Source: the human T2T-CHM13v2.0 reference genome, Homo sapiens
Assembly: GCF_009914755.1 (NCBI RefSeq)
Contig: NC_060930.1
Length of the DNA: 64,000 nt
Direction: 5' to 3' (one strand)
Program-made: the position numbers and the translations under genes
In this document: positions 63,261-64,000 of the stretch, piece after piece
Position numbering within the stretch: position 1 is the stretch's first letter
Layout: each line of letters opens with the position of its first letter
Notes under the pieces: generated by a model
What the model was told of the DNA's origin: nothing
The model's input: the letters and a program-made list of their open reading frames with translations, nothing else
Databases searched by the model: none

Positions 63261-64000
63261 ACCTTGGGGCTATTTTTCTCCACATTAAGCTACATTCCTC
63301 TTCCTAAGGACTGGGCCTGTATATATAAAGGTGTCACTATCCCTTCATATATGGGCCAGGCTGTGGTGCAGTGGAGCCACTTAGATGGGAAGCTTGCATC
63401 TGTGACTATCATCTCTGCCTCTCCTCAATCTGGGTTTGCCTCCCCCAGGGAAGCCACTCTAGGCACCTTTCTCTGCCCTCTCCTCTGGATTCTGGCTGAT
63501 CCCATGGGGGTTCTTTATCAGCCTCTCTCTCCCCAGCAATTCATTGTCATCTCCCCCAGGGCTCTCTCCTTGGCCTGCATATTTCTCCATCTTCAAGATG
63601 AGGAACTTACATCTTAGTGAGGTTGCCCATTGTCCCACTGCTAGTAAGCATAGTGAGTAGAAAAGGACCTGCAGTAGTACTTCCAGAACTAGGACTCTGT
63701 GTTACTTTCTGGTAGTGAAGCTGGTGCAATCTACACATAACAGATGAGATCAGCCACCTGCAGAGCCATTTCATAGACAGGATGTCTCAGAAAATTAAGG
63801 AAAGAAGAAAGCTCTGGAAATTTAATCAAGTATGATGAAATGTGAAAATGCACACAGCTTCTTATCAGCAAGATTGTCCTTGACAATTTCTTTAAAAACC
63901 ACTATCCCCCACCAACTCTTTATCCCCTTATTATGCTTGGCTTTTCTTCACAGCACTCATGATGTATTTGCTTCTTTGATTGCTAACCATCTTACCCATT

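Overview
Human/primate genomic DNA from inside the KIF6 (kinesin-9 family) gene, which runs on the minus strand. Only one coding exon is visible: 109 bp at 9597-9705, reading (G)MREEMSLGCQEAFEIFKRDHADSVTIDDNKQILKQ(R), recognised as the start of the KIF6 C-terminal stalk/tail (exon 14 by my recollection). The rest is intron, dominated by transposons: 11 Alus, a near-full-length L1PA2 (33101-39103, antisense to KIF6), older L1PA/L1PB/L1M fragments, Tigger3, hAT elements, an LTR33-like LTR, and L2/MIR relics. The most interesting system is the L1PA2 acting as a possible 'gene-breaking' cassette. It lacks its YY1 site and keeps an intact antisense ORF0, whose first splice donor is in frame with the KIF6 exon. 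It also carries an antisense poly(A) signal, and its ORF2 is split at the endonuclease active site into an EN stub plus an open 1119-aa RT-containing frame. Several short local duplications (one inverted, two direct) are also visible. Subfamily calls and old-repeat boundaries are by eye and approximate; no expression evidence can be seen from sequence alone.
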